Shown here one piece after another: positions 28,768 through 38,662 of a stretch of DNA of 44,377 nucleotides (position 1 is the stretch's first letter; every line of letters starts with the position of its first letter). This DNA is from Sphingomonas sp. (GTDB taxonomy: Bacteria; Pseudomonadota; Alphaproteobacteria; Sphingomonadales; Sphingomonadaceae), in NCBI RefSeq assembly GCF_019242355.1, contig NZ_JAFAVR010000065.1, positions 1 to 44,377 on the forward strand, in the 5' to 3' direction. The position numbers and the translations under genes were made by a program. The notes beneath the pieces were generated by a model. That model saw only the letters and a list, made by a program, of their open reading frames with translations, did no database searches and had not been told where the DNA came from.

Positions 28768-29574
28768 TCATCCCTGGGTACCGGCCCCGCCCATCAGAGC
28801 GGCGCTTTCGAGCTCGTCCAGCGCCCGATGCACGGTCACATAGCGTCGCGCCTTGTCGGTCCAGGCGGCGGCCGCCGGAGCGCCCGGCAGCCGCATCGTC
28901 TCGGCCAGCGCGTCGTCGACGTCGCCGCCGGACAGGAGCTGGAGCGCGCGGGCGTAGCGAGCATCCGGATTCGTCGCGGGACGCCCGGCGCGATGGATCT
29001 CGATCAAATTGCCGAGCCCGCTCTTGAACTTCGCCCACCAACCGCCGGTCGGAGCGCCGCTTCGCAAATTGGGCCCGAGCGCCTCATATTCGGTGATGAG
29101 GTCGTTGAGACGGACCGGCTGGTGGGCGGCGGTGATGACCGTCGCTACCGCCGGCTGGTGGTCTGGCCCGAAGCGGCTCGCCAGGAGCGGCTCGAGATAA
29201 CCCAGGGCCACTCCGCGATCGATTGCGCGGCGCGCAGCGAAAGTCACGACCAGCGCATCCGCGCGCCCCGCCGAACCCTGCGCGCGCTGGGTCGCGCTTT
29301 CGACCCGTGCCAGCCGCTGCTCGAGGTCGGCGATCTTCTGCTCGTCGTCGCTTTGAAGCGGCTGCGCAGTGACTGCCACCGCCGCAGGCTGTGGCTGGAT
29401 TAGGCGCACCGGTCCTGCCTGCGACGCGGGAGGAGCTACGCCGAGTAGCCGAGCGGCCGGCTGGTAATGCGCGAGGGTCCAGGTGGCCGCGGCCGCTCCG
29501 GCGAGGAGCAGCGCAACGCCGAGGCCCACCCGGGCGCCCCAGCCCGCTCCGCTTCGATACCTTGTCGCGTTCAT
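28768..29574 (-). CDS. Mitofilin-domain (alphaMic60/COG4223-like) membrane protein
   Basis: ATGA overlap with hemD; single N-terminal TM, coiled coil, C-terminal ARALQLLSGGDVDDALAE...AWTDKARRY pattern; canonical position after hemC-hemD. Confidence 0.7.
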   Translation of the reverse strand: MNATRYRSGAGWGARVGLGVALLLAGAAAATWTLAHYQPAARLLGVAPPASQAGPVRLIQPQPAAVAVTAQPLQSDDEQKIADLEQRLARVESATQRAQGSAGRADALVVTFAARRAIDRGVALGYLEPLLASRFGPDHQPAVATVITAAHQPVRLNDLITEYEALGPNLRSGAPTGGWWAKFKSGLGNLIEIHRAGRPATNPDARYARALQLLSGGDVDDALAETMRLPGAPAAAAWTDKARRYVTVHRALDELESAALMGGAGTQG

Positions 29575-30248
29575 TGCCGGCGTTTGTCGCACAGTCGCCC
29601 GGCGACGGCCAGAAGCGCCTCATCGGTCGGCTGGTCGGCATGATCGACGCTCTTCCACCCGTGTCCGGCGGCATCCGCCGCAGCCGCGCTGATGGCGGCG
29701 ATCGCGACGTCTCCGCGATCCAGTCCCTGCCGGACCGCGAGTTCCGCCAGCCGCTTGCCCGCGCGCGGTGAGTGAACCAGCGCGACACCTCCGGCGATCG
29801 CGGTCAGGTCGGGAGGCGGCTCGAGCGGCTCTGAGCGATAGACGGTCACGGCGGTAATCGCCTGGCGCGTCTCGCCGGTCACTGCTCGATCTTCGCCACA
29901 CAGGTGCAAGAGCTTCAGGTCCGCTTCGAGCGAGCCGAGCAGGCGCTCGACCCCCGCGTCGCCGCTGCTGGTAATGTCGAAGCCGGCGTCCCGGGCGGCG
30001 TCCGCGGTCGCTTTTCCGACCGCGTGCACCGGCAGTCCGCGCAACTCCCTGAGCTGATCCCCGGCGCACCGCACGGCGTTGGCGCTGGTCAGGAGCAGCG
30101 CATCGAATCCGCCCGCTTCCGGGACTTCCCAATCGACTCGCTCGACCGCGAACAGCGGGACACTGAGCGCATCGATCTCCAGCGCTCGCGCACGTTCCAC
30201 GGTCTCGTTCGCGCCCGGCTCGGGACGCAGGACGATCACTCGGCTCAT
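29571..30248 (-). CDS. hemD: Uroporphyrinogen-III synthase
   Basis: ATGA overlap with hemC; VIVLRPEPG, LLLTSANAV, AVGKATA, VYRS, VHSPRAG, AISAAAA. Confidence 0.92.
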   Translation of the reverse strand: MSRVIVLRPEPGANETVERARALEIDALSVPLFAVERVDWEVPEAGGFDALLLTSANAVRCAGDQLRELRGLPVHAVGKATADAARDAGFDITSSGDAGVERLLGSLEADLKLLHLCGEDRAVTGETRQAITAVTVYRSEPLEPPPDLTAIAGGVALVHSPRAGKRLAELAVRQGLDRGDVAIAAISAAAADAAGHGWKSVDHADQPTDEALLAVAGRLCDKRRQ

Positions 30249-31162
30249 GCGGGCGAGAACAGCCTCCGGATCGACTCCGGCGCCTTGCCGAGCATCTCCT
30301 TGGCCATTGCGGCCGGCGCCTGCTCGTCGCCGCAGTCGAAGACTCCGCGCTGCTCGACCATGTCCTTGCCGTCCTCGCTGAAGATCTGGGCGCGAATCCT
30401 GAGGTCGCCGTCCTCCAGCACCGCAAAGGCCGCGACGGGGGACGAGCAGGTCGCGCCGAGTGCTCGCGTGAACGCGCGCTCCGCCATCACGCACCAATAG
30501 GTGATCTGGTTGTTGACGGTGGTCAGCACGCTCTGGGTGCGGTTGTCGTCGGTGCGGCACTCGATCCCGATTACCGCCTGCGCTGGTGCCGGCAGGATGA
30601 CTTCGGTCGGGATCGAGGTGCCGACATCGATCCCGAGGCGCTTGAGGCCCGCACAGGCGAGAAGGGTCGCGTCGATCTCGCCCTCCTCGACCTTGCGTAG
30701 CCGGGTTTCGACATTGCCGCGCAACGGCACGATCTTGAAGTCGGGCCGCATCGCGAGGAGTTGCGCCTGCCGCCGCTTCGACGAGGTGCCGATGACCGCG
30801 CCCTGCTTGAGATTCGAGATCTGGTCGCCACCGATCAGACGGTCGCGGACATCGCCGCGCGGACGGACGGCGGCAATGTGGATTTCGCGGGGGCGGACGC
30901 TTTCGACGTCCTTCATCGAATGGACGCAAAAGTCGACGTCGCCGTTCAGCAGCGCCTGGTCGAGCTCCTTGGTCCACAGGGCCTTGCCGCCGATCTCCGC
31001 CAGCGGCCGGTCCTGGACCATGTCGCCGGTCGTCTTGATCGGCACGATTTCGATATAGCCGTCGGGCCAGCGCTGGGCGGTTTCGATCGCCGCGGCAACC
31101 TTGCGCGACTGGGCCAGCGCCAGCGGCGAGCCTCGTGTTCCAAGCTTCAGCCGTCCCTGCAT
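30245..31162 (-). CDS. hemC: Hydroxymethylbilane synthase
   Basis: LGTRGSPLALAQ, GGKALWTKELD, VHSMKDV, GTSSKRR, LRGNVETRL, cofactor Cys in GATCSSP. Confidence 0.96.
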   Translation of the reverse strand: MQGRLKLGTRGSPLALAQSRKVAAAIETAQRWPDGYIEIVPIKTTGDMVQDRPLAEIGGKALWTKELDQALLNGDVDFCVHSMKDVESVRPREIHIAAVRPRGDVRDRLIGGDQISNLKQGAVIGTSSKRRQAQLLAMRPDFKIVPLRGNVETRLRKVEEGEIDATLLACAGLKRLGIDVGTSIPTEVILPAPAQAVIGIECRTDDNRTQSVLTTVNNQITYWCVMAERAFTRALGATCSSPVAAFAVLEDGDLRIRAQIFSEDGKDMVEQRGVFDCGDEQAPAAMAKEMLGKAPESIRRLFSPA

Positions 31163-31234
31163 TCCTGCACCTCTAGTGCATGGCGAGGCATTCAGGCAAA
31201 GGGCCGCCAAAGGAAATCGGCCAACAAACCTGAA

Positions 31235-32266
31235 ATGACGATCATTCTTGGCCTGGAATCGTCCTGCGACGACAGCGCGGCGGCTCTTGTCACCGCCGAC
31301 CGGCGCATTCTTGCCCAAGCAGTGGTTGGCCAGAACAGCGCGCATCAGCCCTATGGCGGCGTCGTTCCGGAAATCGCCGCGCGCGCCCATGTCGAGATTC
31401 TGCCGAAGCTGATTCGCGACGTCCTCACGGAGGCCGAGCTCTCGATTCGCGATGTCGACGCGATTGCGGCAACGGCCGGCCCGGGGTTGATCGGTGGCGT
31501 CATGGTGGCACTTCTCGCTGGCAAGGGCCTCGCGCTCGCCGCCGGCAAGCCGCTGATCGCGGTCAACCATCTCGAAGGCCACGCGCTCAGCCCGCGCCTG
31601 GCCGATCCCGACCTCGGCTTTCCTTATTTGCTGCTACTGGTCTCGGGCGGCCACTGCCAGTTGCTGGAGGTTCGTGGGGTCGGTGACTACCGGCGGCTCG
31701 CGACCACGATCGACGATGCCGCGGGCGAGGCGTTCGACAAGGCGGCCAAGTTGCTCGGCCTCGGTTATCCCGGGGGGCCGGCCATCGAGGCGCTTGCAGC
31801 CGAGGGCAATTCGCGTGAAGTGCCGTTGCCGCGCCCGCTCGTCGGCTCCGCCGAGCCGCATTTCTCCTTCGCGGGCTTGAAGAGCGCGGTCCAGCGCGCC
31901 GCCGCGTGCGCAGACTTCCGACGCGAGGACATCGCCGCGAGCTTCCAGCAAGCGGTGATCGACTGCCTCGTCGACCGAACCCGCCTGGCCCTCCAGCAGA
32001 CCGATGCGCCCACCCTGGTGGTTGCCGGCGGAGTCGCGGCGAACGGCGAAATCCGAAGTGCGCTGGCAAGCCTTGCCGAGGCGAACGGTCGACAGTTCAG
32101 CGTGCCGCCCGCCTGGCTTTGCACCGACAATGCCGCGATGATCGCCTGGGTCGGAGCAGAGCGCTTTGGCGCCGGCCTCTGTGATCCTCTCGACGCGCCG
32201 GCCCGCGCCCGCTGGCCGCTGGACGAGAATGCCGAGAAAGTTCGTGGCGCCGGGGTTAAGGCATGA
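31235..32266 (+). CDS. tsaD: tRNA N6-adenosine threonylcarbamoyltransferase TsaD
   Basis: ILGLESSCDD, GGVVPEIAARAH, VNHLEGH, LLVSGGH, DDAAGEAFDK, CTDNAAMIA. Confidence 0.97.
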   Translation: MTIILGLESSCDDSAAALVTADRRILAQAVVGQNSAHQPYGGVVPEIAARAHVEILPKLIRDVLTEAELSIRDVDAIAATAGPGLIGGVMVALLAGKGLALAAGKPLIAVNHLEGHALSPRLADPDLGFPYLLLLVSGGHCQLLEVRGVGDYRRLATTIDDAAGEAFDKAAKLLGLGYPGGPAIEALAAEGNSREVPLPRPLVGSAEPHFSFAGLKSAVQRAAACADFRREDIAASFQQAVIDCLVDRTRLALQQTDAPTLVVAGGVAANGEIRSALASLAEANGRQFSVPPAWLCTDNAAMIAWVGAERFGAGLCDPLDAPARARWPLDENAEKVRGAGVKA

Positions 32267-33249
32267 CCGTCGCCAGGATTGGTGTGATCGGCGGCGGCGC
32301 CTGGGGCACAGCGCTCGCACAGGTCGCGGCAAGCAGCGGCGAGACCCTTATTTGGGCGCGAGAGGAGGATGTCGTCGCCGGCATCAACGGGGCGCGGGAA
32401 AATGCCGTCTTCCTTCCGGGCGTCGCACTCCATGAGGGGATTCGCGCGACGGCCGAACTCGCCGACCTTGATGGCTGTGACGTCTTGCTCGTCGTTACCC
32501 CCGCGCAGCACATGCGGTCGGTCCTTGGAGGGATTCGCCGCGCCGGCGCCCCCCTGCTCCTCTGCGCAAAGGGCATCGAGGAAGGCACCGGAAAGCTCGT
32601 CCACGAAGTCGCCCGCGAGCTCTGCCCGGACGCCCCGATCGCAGTCCTGTCCGGGCCGACCTTCGCCCATGAAGTCGCGAAGGGCCTACCGACCGCGGTC
32701 ACCCTTGCCGCGGAGGACCTCGCCCTCGCCGAGCAGCTCCGCGACCGCATCGCGCTGCCGGAATTTCGCATCTACATATCCGACGACGTCGCCGGCGCGG
32801 AGATCGGCGGAGCGGTCAAGAACGTCCTTGCGATCGCCTGCGGCGTGGTCGAGGGCCGCGGCCTCGGTCAGAACGCGCGTGCGGCGCTCATCGCGCGCGG
32901 CTTCGCCGAGATGACCCGCTTCGGGCTGGCGAGGGGAGCAAAGCGCGAGACCCTGGCCGGACTGTCCGGATTCGGCGACCTCGTCCTGACCTGCTCCTCG
33001 ACCAGCTCCCGCAATTACTCGCTTGGGCTCGGCATCGGTGGGGGCCGCCCCGCCACGGAGCTCCTCGCGGACCGGCGCACGGTTGCCGAAGGCGCCTTCA
33101 CCGCCCCGGTGCTTGCGCGGATCGCCCGCGACGAGGGCATCGACATGCCAATCGTCCAGGCGGTTGCGGACCTCATCGCCGGCCGGTCGGATGTCGACTC
33201 GGTGCTCGGATCGCTCCTGTCGCGGCCGCCCAGGACCGAGGCAGTCTAG
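32263..33249 (+). CDS. gpsA: NAD(P)H-dependent glycerol-3-phosphate dehydrogenase
   Basis: IGGGAWGTALA, CAKGIE, LSGPTFAHEV, GGAVKNV, GDLVLTC, SRNY. Confidence 0.96.
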   Translation: MTVARIGVIGGGAWGTALAQVAASSGETLIWAREEDVVAGINGARENAVFLPGVALHEGIRATAELADLDGCDVLLVVTPAQHMRSVLGGIRRAGAPLLLCAKGIEEGTGKLVHEVARELCPDAPIAVLSGPTFAHEVAKGLPTAVTLAAEDLALAEQLRDRIALPEFRIYISDDVAGAEIGGAVKNVLAIACGVVEGRGLGQNARAALIARGFAEMTRFGLARGAKRETLAGLSGFGDLVLTCSSTSSRNYSLGLGIGGGRPATELLADRRTVAEGAFTAPVLARIARDEGIDMPIVQAVADLIAGRSDVDSVLGSLLSRPPRTEAV

Positions 33250-33413
33250 AAATCGATCGCGATCCCCTTCTTTTCCCAATCACCGTAGCGAGTCGGATCG
33301 GGCTTCTGCTCCTCGCCGACCGGCGGCTCGGCGGCCGGGCTCGCTTCCGGCGCCGGCACCGGCGGCGACGGGCTGAGATGCGTGGGCGGGTCGAGGTGCT
33401 TCGGGCGTTTCAT
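33246..33413 (-). CDS. DUF1674 protein (succinate dehydrogenase assembly factor 4-like), 55 aa
   Basis: C-terminal DPTRYGDWEKKGIAIDF signature. Confidence 0.88.
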   Translation of the reverse strand: MKRPKHLDPPTHLSPSPPVPAPEASPAAEPPVGEEQKPDPTRYGDWEKKGIAIDF

Positions 33414-33441
33414 GACGCCAAGATGATGATCGGGCGCGACA

Positions 33442-34698
33442 ATGCCAAGCGATGAAGGCGTTCCCGCGCGCCGCGCCGCGCTGCAGATGCTGGACGCCGT
33501 GCTTCGCCGTGGCCAGACCATCGAGGCCGCCGCGACCCGCGCGACCAATCTCGCGCCGGTGGACCGCGCGCTCGCGACCGCGATTGCCGGTGAGACGCTG
33601 CGCCGCCTGCCCGACCTCGATGCCCTGATCGACAGCGCGACCCGCCAGCCCCTGCCAGACGATTCGAAGTCGCGTGCGGTTCTCCGTCTCGCGCTCGCCC
33701 AGAAGATCGGTCTTGGCACGCCCGACCATGCGATTGTCGCCACCGCTTTGCCGCTGGTCGACGGCGGCCCGCGCCGGCTGGTTCATGGGGTGCTCGGAAC
33801 CTTGCTCCGCCGCGGCGTGACGGCCACGGATTCCTGCCGCCTCCCCGGAATCGTCGAGGATCGCTGGCGATCGGCCTGGGGCGAGGAGGCGGTGCTCGCC
33901 GCCCGCCGCCAGATCGCCAGACGGCCATCCCTCGATCTCACCTTCGCCGACGATGCCGCCGCAGAGATGTTCGCACAGGCCAACGGTGGTCGCTCGCTCG
34001 CCCGCCGTCACGTCCGCGTCGACAGCAGCAATGTCGCCGAGCTGCCGGGCTTCAATTCCGGACAATGGTGGGTCCAGGACCTTGCGGCCTCGCTCCCCGC
34101 GCGCCTGATCCCGGCAGAAGCGACCCAAGTCCTCGATCTCTGCGCGGCGCCCGGCGGAAAAACCATGCAGCTTGCCGCCGCCGGCCACCGCGTAACGGCG
34201 CTCGACTCGTCCCGCAGTCGTCTCGGACGATTAAACGAGAATCTTCAGCGCACGCACCTCACGGCCCAGCTCGTCGTCGCCGACGCCTTGCAATGGACTC
34301 CGGACCGCCGGTTCGACGCCATCCTGCTCGACGCGCCCTGCTCCGCGACCGGCACCTTTCGCCGCCATCCCGAAGTTCTCTACCGCGCGCGGCCTCGCAT
34401 CGTCGCGGACAATAGCGAACTCCAGTCCCGCCTCCTCGCCCGCGCCGCGAAATGGCTGAAGTCCGGCGGCGTCCTCGTCTATTCCGTCTGCTCGCTCGAA
34501 CCGCAGGAGGGTGAGGAGCGGCTCGCCGACCTCCTTAAGAATGATCCCACTCTGGAAATGCGCCCGCCTCTGGCCGGTGAGCTTCCGGCCGCGGCCAATC
34601 CGACCGGTCCCGGGTGGGTCCGCATTCTTCCCGGCCTGCTCGAAGCCGAGGGCGGTCTCGACGGCTTCTTCATGGCGCGCCTTGTCGCCAAGGGCTGA
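33442..34698 (+). CDS. rsmB: RsmB/NOP-family RNA m5C methyltransferase with an N-terminal NusB-like domain
   Basis: WWVQDLAA, DLCAAPGGKT, LLDAPCSATG, YSVCSL, DGFFMARL. Confidence 0.85.
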   Translation: MPSDEGVPARRAALQMLDAVLRRGQTIEAAATRATNLAPVDRALATAIAGETLRRLPDLDALIDSATRQPLPDDSKSRAVLRLALAQKIGLGTPDHAIVATALPLVDGGPRRLVHGVLGTLLRRGVTATDSCRLPGIVEDRWRSAWGEEAVLAARRQIARRPSLDLTFADDAAAEMFAQANGGRSLARRHVRVDSSNVAELPGFNSGQWWVQDLAASLPARLIPAEATQVLDLCAAPGGKTMQLAAAGHRVTALDSSRSRLGRLNENLQRTHLTAQLVVADALQWTPDRRFDAILLDAPCSATGTFRRHPEVLYRARPRIVADNSELQSRLLARAAKWLKSGGVLVYSVCSLEPQEGEERLADLLKNDPTLEMRPPLAGELPAAANPTGPGWVRILPGLLEAEGGLDGFFMARLVAKG

Positions 34699-34716
34699 AC
34701 CCGTCTAATCGGCCCC

Positions 34717-35385
34717 ATGCCGACACGCGCGCCGCTCATCGCCCCATCGATCCTGTCCGCCGATTTCGCCAGGCTGGGCGAGGACGTCCGGGCAATCGAC
34801 GCGGCGGGCGCCGACTGGATCCACATCGATGTCATGGATGGCCATTTCGTCCCTAACCTGACGATCGGCCCGGCCGTCGTGAAGGCGCTCCGCCCCCACA
34901 CCGCCAAGCCGTTCGACGTCCACCTGATGATTTCGCCTGTCGATCCATTCCTCGATGCCTTTGCCGAGGCCGGCGCCGATATCATCACGGTCCATCCCGA
35001 GGCGGGGCCGCATCTCCATCGAACAGTCCAAAGGGTGAAGGCGCTCGGCAAGAAGGCGGGCGTTTCCCTGAACCCCGCGACTCCCGCCAAGGCGCTCGAT
35101 TATGTGCTCGAGGAGGTCGACCTTGTCCTCGTCATGAGCGTCAATCCGGGCTTCGGCGGGCAAAAGTTCATCGCCAGCCAGCTGCGCAAGATCGAAGCCA
35201 TCGCCAACCGCATCGCCAAGGAGAATCTCTCCGTTCACCTGGAGGTCGACGGCGGAATCGATCCAATGACGGCACGCCAGGCGGTCGCCGCCGGCGCGAC
35301 CGTTCTCGTCGCCGGCACCGCGGCCTTCACTGGTGGCCCAAACTTCTACGCCGGCAACATCGCCAAGCTAAAGGCCGCGGAGTGA
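34717..35385 (+). CDS. rpe: Ribulose-phosphate 3-epimerase
   Basis: [42 protein letters not shown]. Confidence 0.97.
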   Translation: MPTRAPLIAPSILSADFARLGEDVRAIDAAGADWIHIDVMDGHFVPNLTIGPAVVKALRPHTAKPFDVHLMISPVDPFLDAFAEAGADIITVHPEAGPHLHRTVQRVKALGKKAGVSLNPATPAKALDYVLEEVDLVLVMSVNPGFGGQKFIASQLRKIEAIANRIAKENLSVHLEVDGGIDPMTARQAVAAGATVLVAGTAAFTGGPNFYAGNIAKLKAAE

Positions 35386-37034
35386 CCGCGGAGGGTTCGG
35401 CCGCGCAGCGGGCGATCGTCCGCAAGCTCGCGCGCGGGTCGCTTCTGTCGCGCTTCACCAGCGCGGGCCGCCAGCCGCTCAAGCTTGTCGCCGTCCCCCG
35501 CGATCATGTCCCCGGCGACCGGCCGCGCGGCGAAGCGCTGGCGATGGGCCGCTTTACCTTGGGCAGCGAAACCCTGTCGCTGGCCGACCTCGACTTCGCT
35601 GCTGCAAGCGGTGGAACGCTCGGCGATAATCTTCAGGGATTCTCCTGGCTTCGCGATCTTGCCGCCGCCACGGGGCGCGAGCGCGGCGCCGCGACCGCCG
35701 AGGCGATCGTCGGCCGGTGGCTGCTCGCGCACGGCACCCGCGTGGACGACGCCTGGGCGCCACATCTTTGGGGCGAGCGCATCCTCTACTGGACGGCATA
35801 CGCGCCCTACATCCTGTCGAGCAGCGATTCGGGTTATCGCTCGGCCCTCCTCAACACCCTTGCGCGGGGCGCCCGCCATCTCGACGCCAATGCCGAGAAG
35901 GCGCCGCCGGGCCTCAAACGCGTCACCGCCTGGTGCGGGGTGGTCGCGGCCGGCCTTCTCGTGCAGGGCGGAGTTCCGCGCGTCGCCCGGGGCGAGGCAG
36001 GCCTTGCCCGCGCCCTTGCCGGCGCGCAGTTCGACGACGGCGGCCTCGTCAGCCGCTCGCCGTTCGAGCAGGTCCTTCTGGTTGACCGAATGGGGATGCT
36101 GAGGGCCTGCTACGCCGCCGCCAAGCAGACGATCCCCGAAGGCATCGAGACCGCCGCGGCGGCCGCGTTGGCAGCGCTTCATGGCGTCACTTTAGGCGAT
36201 GGTGCCCTCTCGAGCTGGCAGGGCTGCAATCCGGGCGAGGCGTCGCGGCTAACCGCCCTGATCGAAGGCTGCGGCCTTCGTGCCAGGCCGCTCCGCCAGG
36301 CCCGGGGCTGGGGATATCAGCGGCTCTCCGCGCTCGGCACGATCATCGTCCTCGACGCAGCGCCGCCGCCGCCGCAGCGTGTCGCGGCGCAGGGTTCCGC
36401 CTCGACCCTCGCCTTTGAGATGTCCGATGGCGGCCAGCGGCTGGTTGTCAACTGCGGCGGTCCCGGTCCGCTTCCGGCCGATCTTTCGCCGGAGCTCGTC
36501 CAGGCCCTGCGCACCACCGCCGCGCACAGCACCCTGGTTCTGTCCGACACCAACTCGACCAACATTCAGCAGGACGGATCGCTCGGCAAGGGCGTCGAGG
36601 ACGTCACTATTGATCGCAGCGACGACAATGACGCGACCCGGCTGGAAGCGAGCCATGACGGCTATGTCCGCTCGTTCGGCCTGGTCCACAAACGCAGCAT
36701 CATGCTCGGGAACGACGGCAAGGAAATGCGCGGCGCCGACCAGCTGACTGCCAGGGGCCGCCGCAAGATCCGCGAATCTGTCCCGTACGCCGTCCGCTTC
36801 CATCTCGCGCCGGGAGTCGAGGTGACGACGACCGCCGACGGCATGGGCGCGATCCTGCGGTCTCGCGGCGCTCCGCCGTGGAACTTTCGCTGCCGTGGCG
36901 GCAATTTGACGACCGAGGACAGCCTGTGGATCGACGGCCGCGGCCATCCGCAGCGCGCCACACAGATTGTCGTGGTCGGCGAGGTCTCCGGCATCGGCGG
37001 CGAAATCGGCTGGCAGTTCCGCCGGACAAGCTAG
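35382..37034 (+). CDS. Heparinase II/III-family protein
   Basis: [54 protein letters not shown]; GTGA overlap with rpe; usual rpe-X-purH position. Confidence 0.8.
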   Translation: MTAEGSAAQRAIVRKLARGSLLSRFTSAGRQPLKLVAVPRDHVPGDRPRGEALAMGRFTLGSETLSLADLDFAAASGGTLGDNLQGFSWLRDLAAATGRERGAATAEAIVGRWLLAHGTRVDDAWAPHLWGERILYWTAYAPYILSSSDSGYRSALLNTLARGARHLDANAEKAPPGLKRVTAWCGVVAAGLLVQGGVPRVARGEAGLARALAGAQFDDGGLVSRSPFEQVLLVDRMGMLRACYAAAKQTIPEGIETAAAAALAALHGVTLGDGALSSWQGCNPGEASRLTALIEGCGLRARPLRQARGWGYQRLSALGTIIVLDAAPPPPQRVAAQGSASTLAFEMSDGGQRLVVNCGGPGPLPADLSPELVQALRTTAAHSTLVLSDTNSTNIQQDGSLGKGVEDVTIDRSDDNDATRLEASHDGYVRSFGLVHKRSIMLGNDGKEMRGADQLTARGRRKIRESVPYAVRFHLAPGVEVTTTADGMGAILRSRGAPPWNFRCRGGNLTTEDSLWIDGRGHPQRATQIVVVGEVSGIGGEIGWQFRRTS

Positions 37035-37045
37035 AAGGAGCAGTG

Positions 37046-38638
37046 ATGACGGACCTGGTACCCGTTCGGCGGGCACTCATTTCATTGTCGGACAAGAGCG
37101 GCCTGGGCGAGCTCGCCGCCGGCCTCGCTCGTCACGGCGTGGAGCTGGTCTCGACCGGTGGGACGGCTGCTAGACTTCGCGAAAATGGCGCCCGACCGTG
37201 TGACATTAGTGACCTTACGGGTTTCCCGGAGATGATGGACGGGCGGGTGAAGACTCTCCACCCGAAGGTCCATGGCGGCCTCCTCGGCGTCCGCGACAAT
37301 CCGGAGCATGTCGCGGCGATGGCGGAGCATGACATCGCGCCGATCGATCTCGTCGTCGTCAACCTCTACCCGTTCATGCAGACGGTCTCGAGCGGCGCCG
37401 ACCGCGACACGATCATCGAGAATATCGACATCGGCGGCCCGTCGATGGTCCGCTCGGCAGCCAAGAACCACGCGCATGTCGCGATCGTCACGGACCCGGC
37501 CGACTATGATGCGCTGCTCGCGGAGCTGGACGCCAACAAGGGCGCGACGACGCTTGAGCTGCGCAAGCGTCTCGCCGCCAAGGCCTTCGCGCTCACCGCC
37601 GCCTACGATTCGACGATCTCGCAATGGTTCGCGTTCGCCGACCAGGGCGAACGCTTCCCGCAGAGCTGGACCCAGTCGAGCACCCTCAAGATGCCGCTCC
37701 GCTACGGCGAGAATCCGCACCAGCGAGCCGCGCTCTACGCTCCAGCCGGTCCGGGATCGAAGGGCGTCGGACAGGCCGAACAGGTTCAGGGGAAGGAGCT
37801 CAGCTACAATAATCTGAACGATGCCAATGCCGCGCTCGAGCTTGCCGCGGAGTTTCGCGACGCTGCCCCGACCATCGTCATCGTCAAGCACGCGAACCCC
37901 TGCGGCGTGGCGACACGCGACAGCCTGCTTGACGCATGGACGGAAGCGCTGGCCTGCGACAGCGTCTCGGCATTCGGCGGGATCGTCGCCAGCAACCGGC
38001 CGCTCGACGCACAAACGGCCGACGCGATCACCCAGATCTTCACCGAGGTCGTGGTTGCCCCCGACGCCGACGACGAGGCCCGGGCGATCTTCGCTCGAAA
38101 GAAGAACCTGCGCTTGCTCCTTACAGGCGAGCTGCCCGATCCGAAGCGCGGCGGCCAGACGATGTCGATCATCGCCGGCGGGATCCTCGTGCAGGACCGC
38201 GACAACGGCTCGATCACGCGTGAGGACCTCAAGTGCGTGACGAAGCGCCGGCCGACCGAGCAGGAAGTCCGCGACTGCCTGTTCGCCTGGACGGTCGCCA
38301 AGCACGTGAAGTCCAACGCGATCGTCTATGCCAAGGACGGCGCCACCGCTGGCATCGGCGCGGGCCAGATGAACCGCCGCGACTCCGCGCGCATCGCCGC
38401 CGCCAAGGCGAAGGAAGCCGCCGAGACCCAGGGCTGGGCCGAGCCGCGCACGATCGGCTCGGCGGTCGCGTCGGACGCCTTCTTTCCCTTCGCCGACGGG
38501 CTGCTCGCCGCGGCCGAGGCCGGCGCCACTGCGGTCATCCAGCCGGGCGGTTCGATCCGCGATGACGAGGTCGTCGCCGCTGCCGACGACGCCGGCCTGG
38601 CGATGCTGTTCACGGGAATGCGCCACTTCCGGCACTGA
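37046..38638 (+). CDS. purH: Bifunctional AICAR transformylase/IMP cyclohydrolase
   Basis: AGGAG SD; [63 protein letters not shown]. Confidence 0.98.
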   Translation: MTDLVPVRRALISLSDKSGLGELAAGLARHGVELVSTGGTAARLRENGARPCDISDLTGFPEMMDGRVKTLHPKVHGGLLGVRDNPEHVAAMAEHDIAPIDLVVVNLYPFMQTVSSGADRDTIIENIDIGGPSMVRSAAKNHAHVAIVTDPADYDALLAELDANKGATTLELRKRLAAKAFALTAAYDSTISQWFAFADQGERFPQSWTQSSTLKMPLRYGENPHQRAALYAPAGPGSKGVGQAEQVQGKELSYNNLNDANAALELAAEFRDAAPTIVIVKHANPCGVATRDSLLDAWTEALACDSVSAFGGIVASNRPLDAQTADAITQIFTEVVVAPDADDEARAIFARKKNLRLLLTGELPDPKRGGQTMSIIAGGILVQDRDNGSITREDLKCVTKRRPTEQEVRDCLFAWTVAKHVKSNAIVYAKDGATAGIGAGQMNRRDSARIAAAKAKEAAETQGWAEPRTIGSAVASDAFFPFADGLLAAAEAGATAVIQPGGSIRDDEVVAAADDAGLAMLFTGMRHFRH

Positions 38639-38662
38639 TCCGCCCCTCAGGGCGCGGAACGT

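Noticed and set aside
14601-38638. TPP, FMN or ZTP riboswitches ahead of the thiE-like gene, ribA or purH
   Set aside because: These genes have essentially no leader space (overlapping or fewer than 25 nt from neighbours) and no aptamer consensus.
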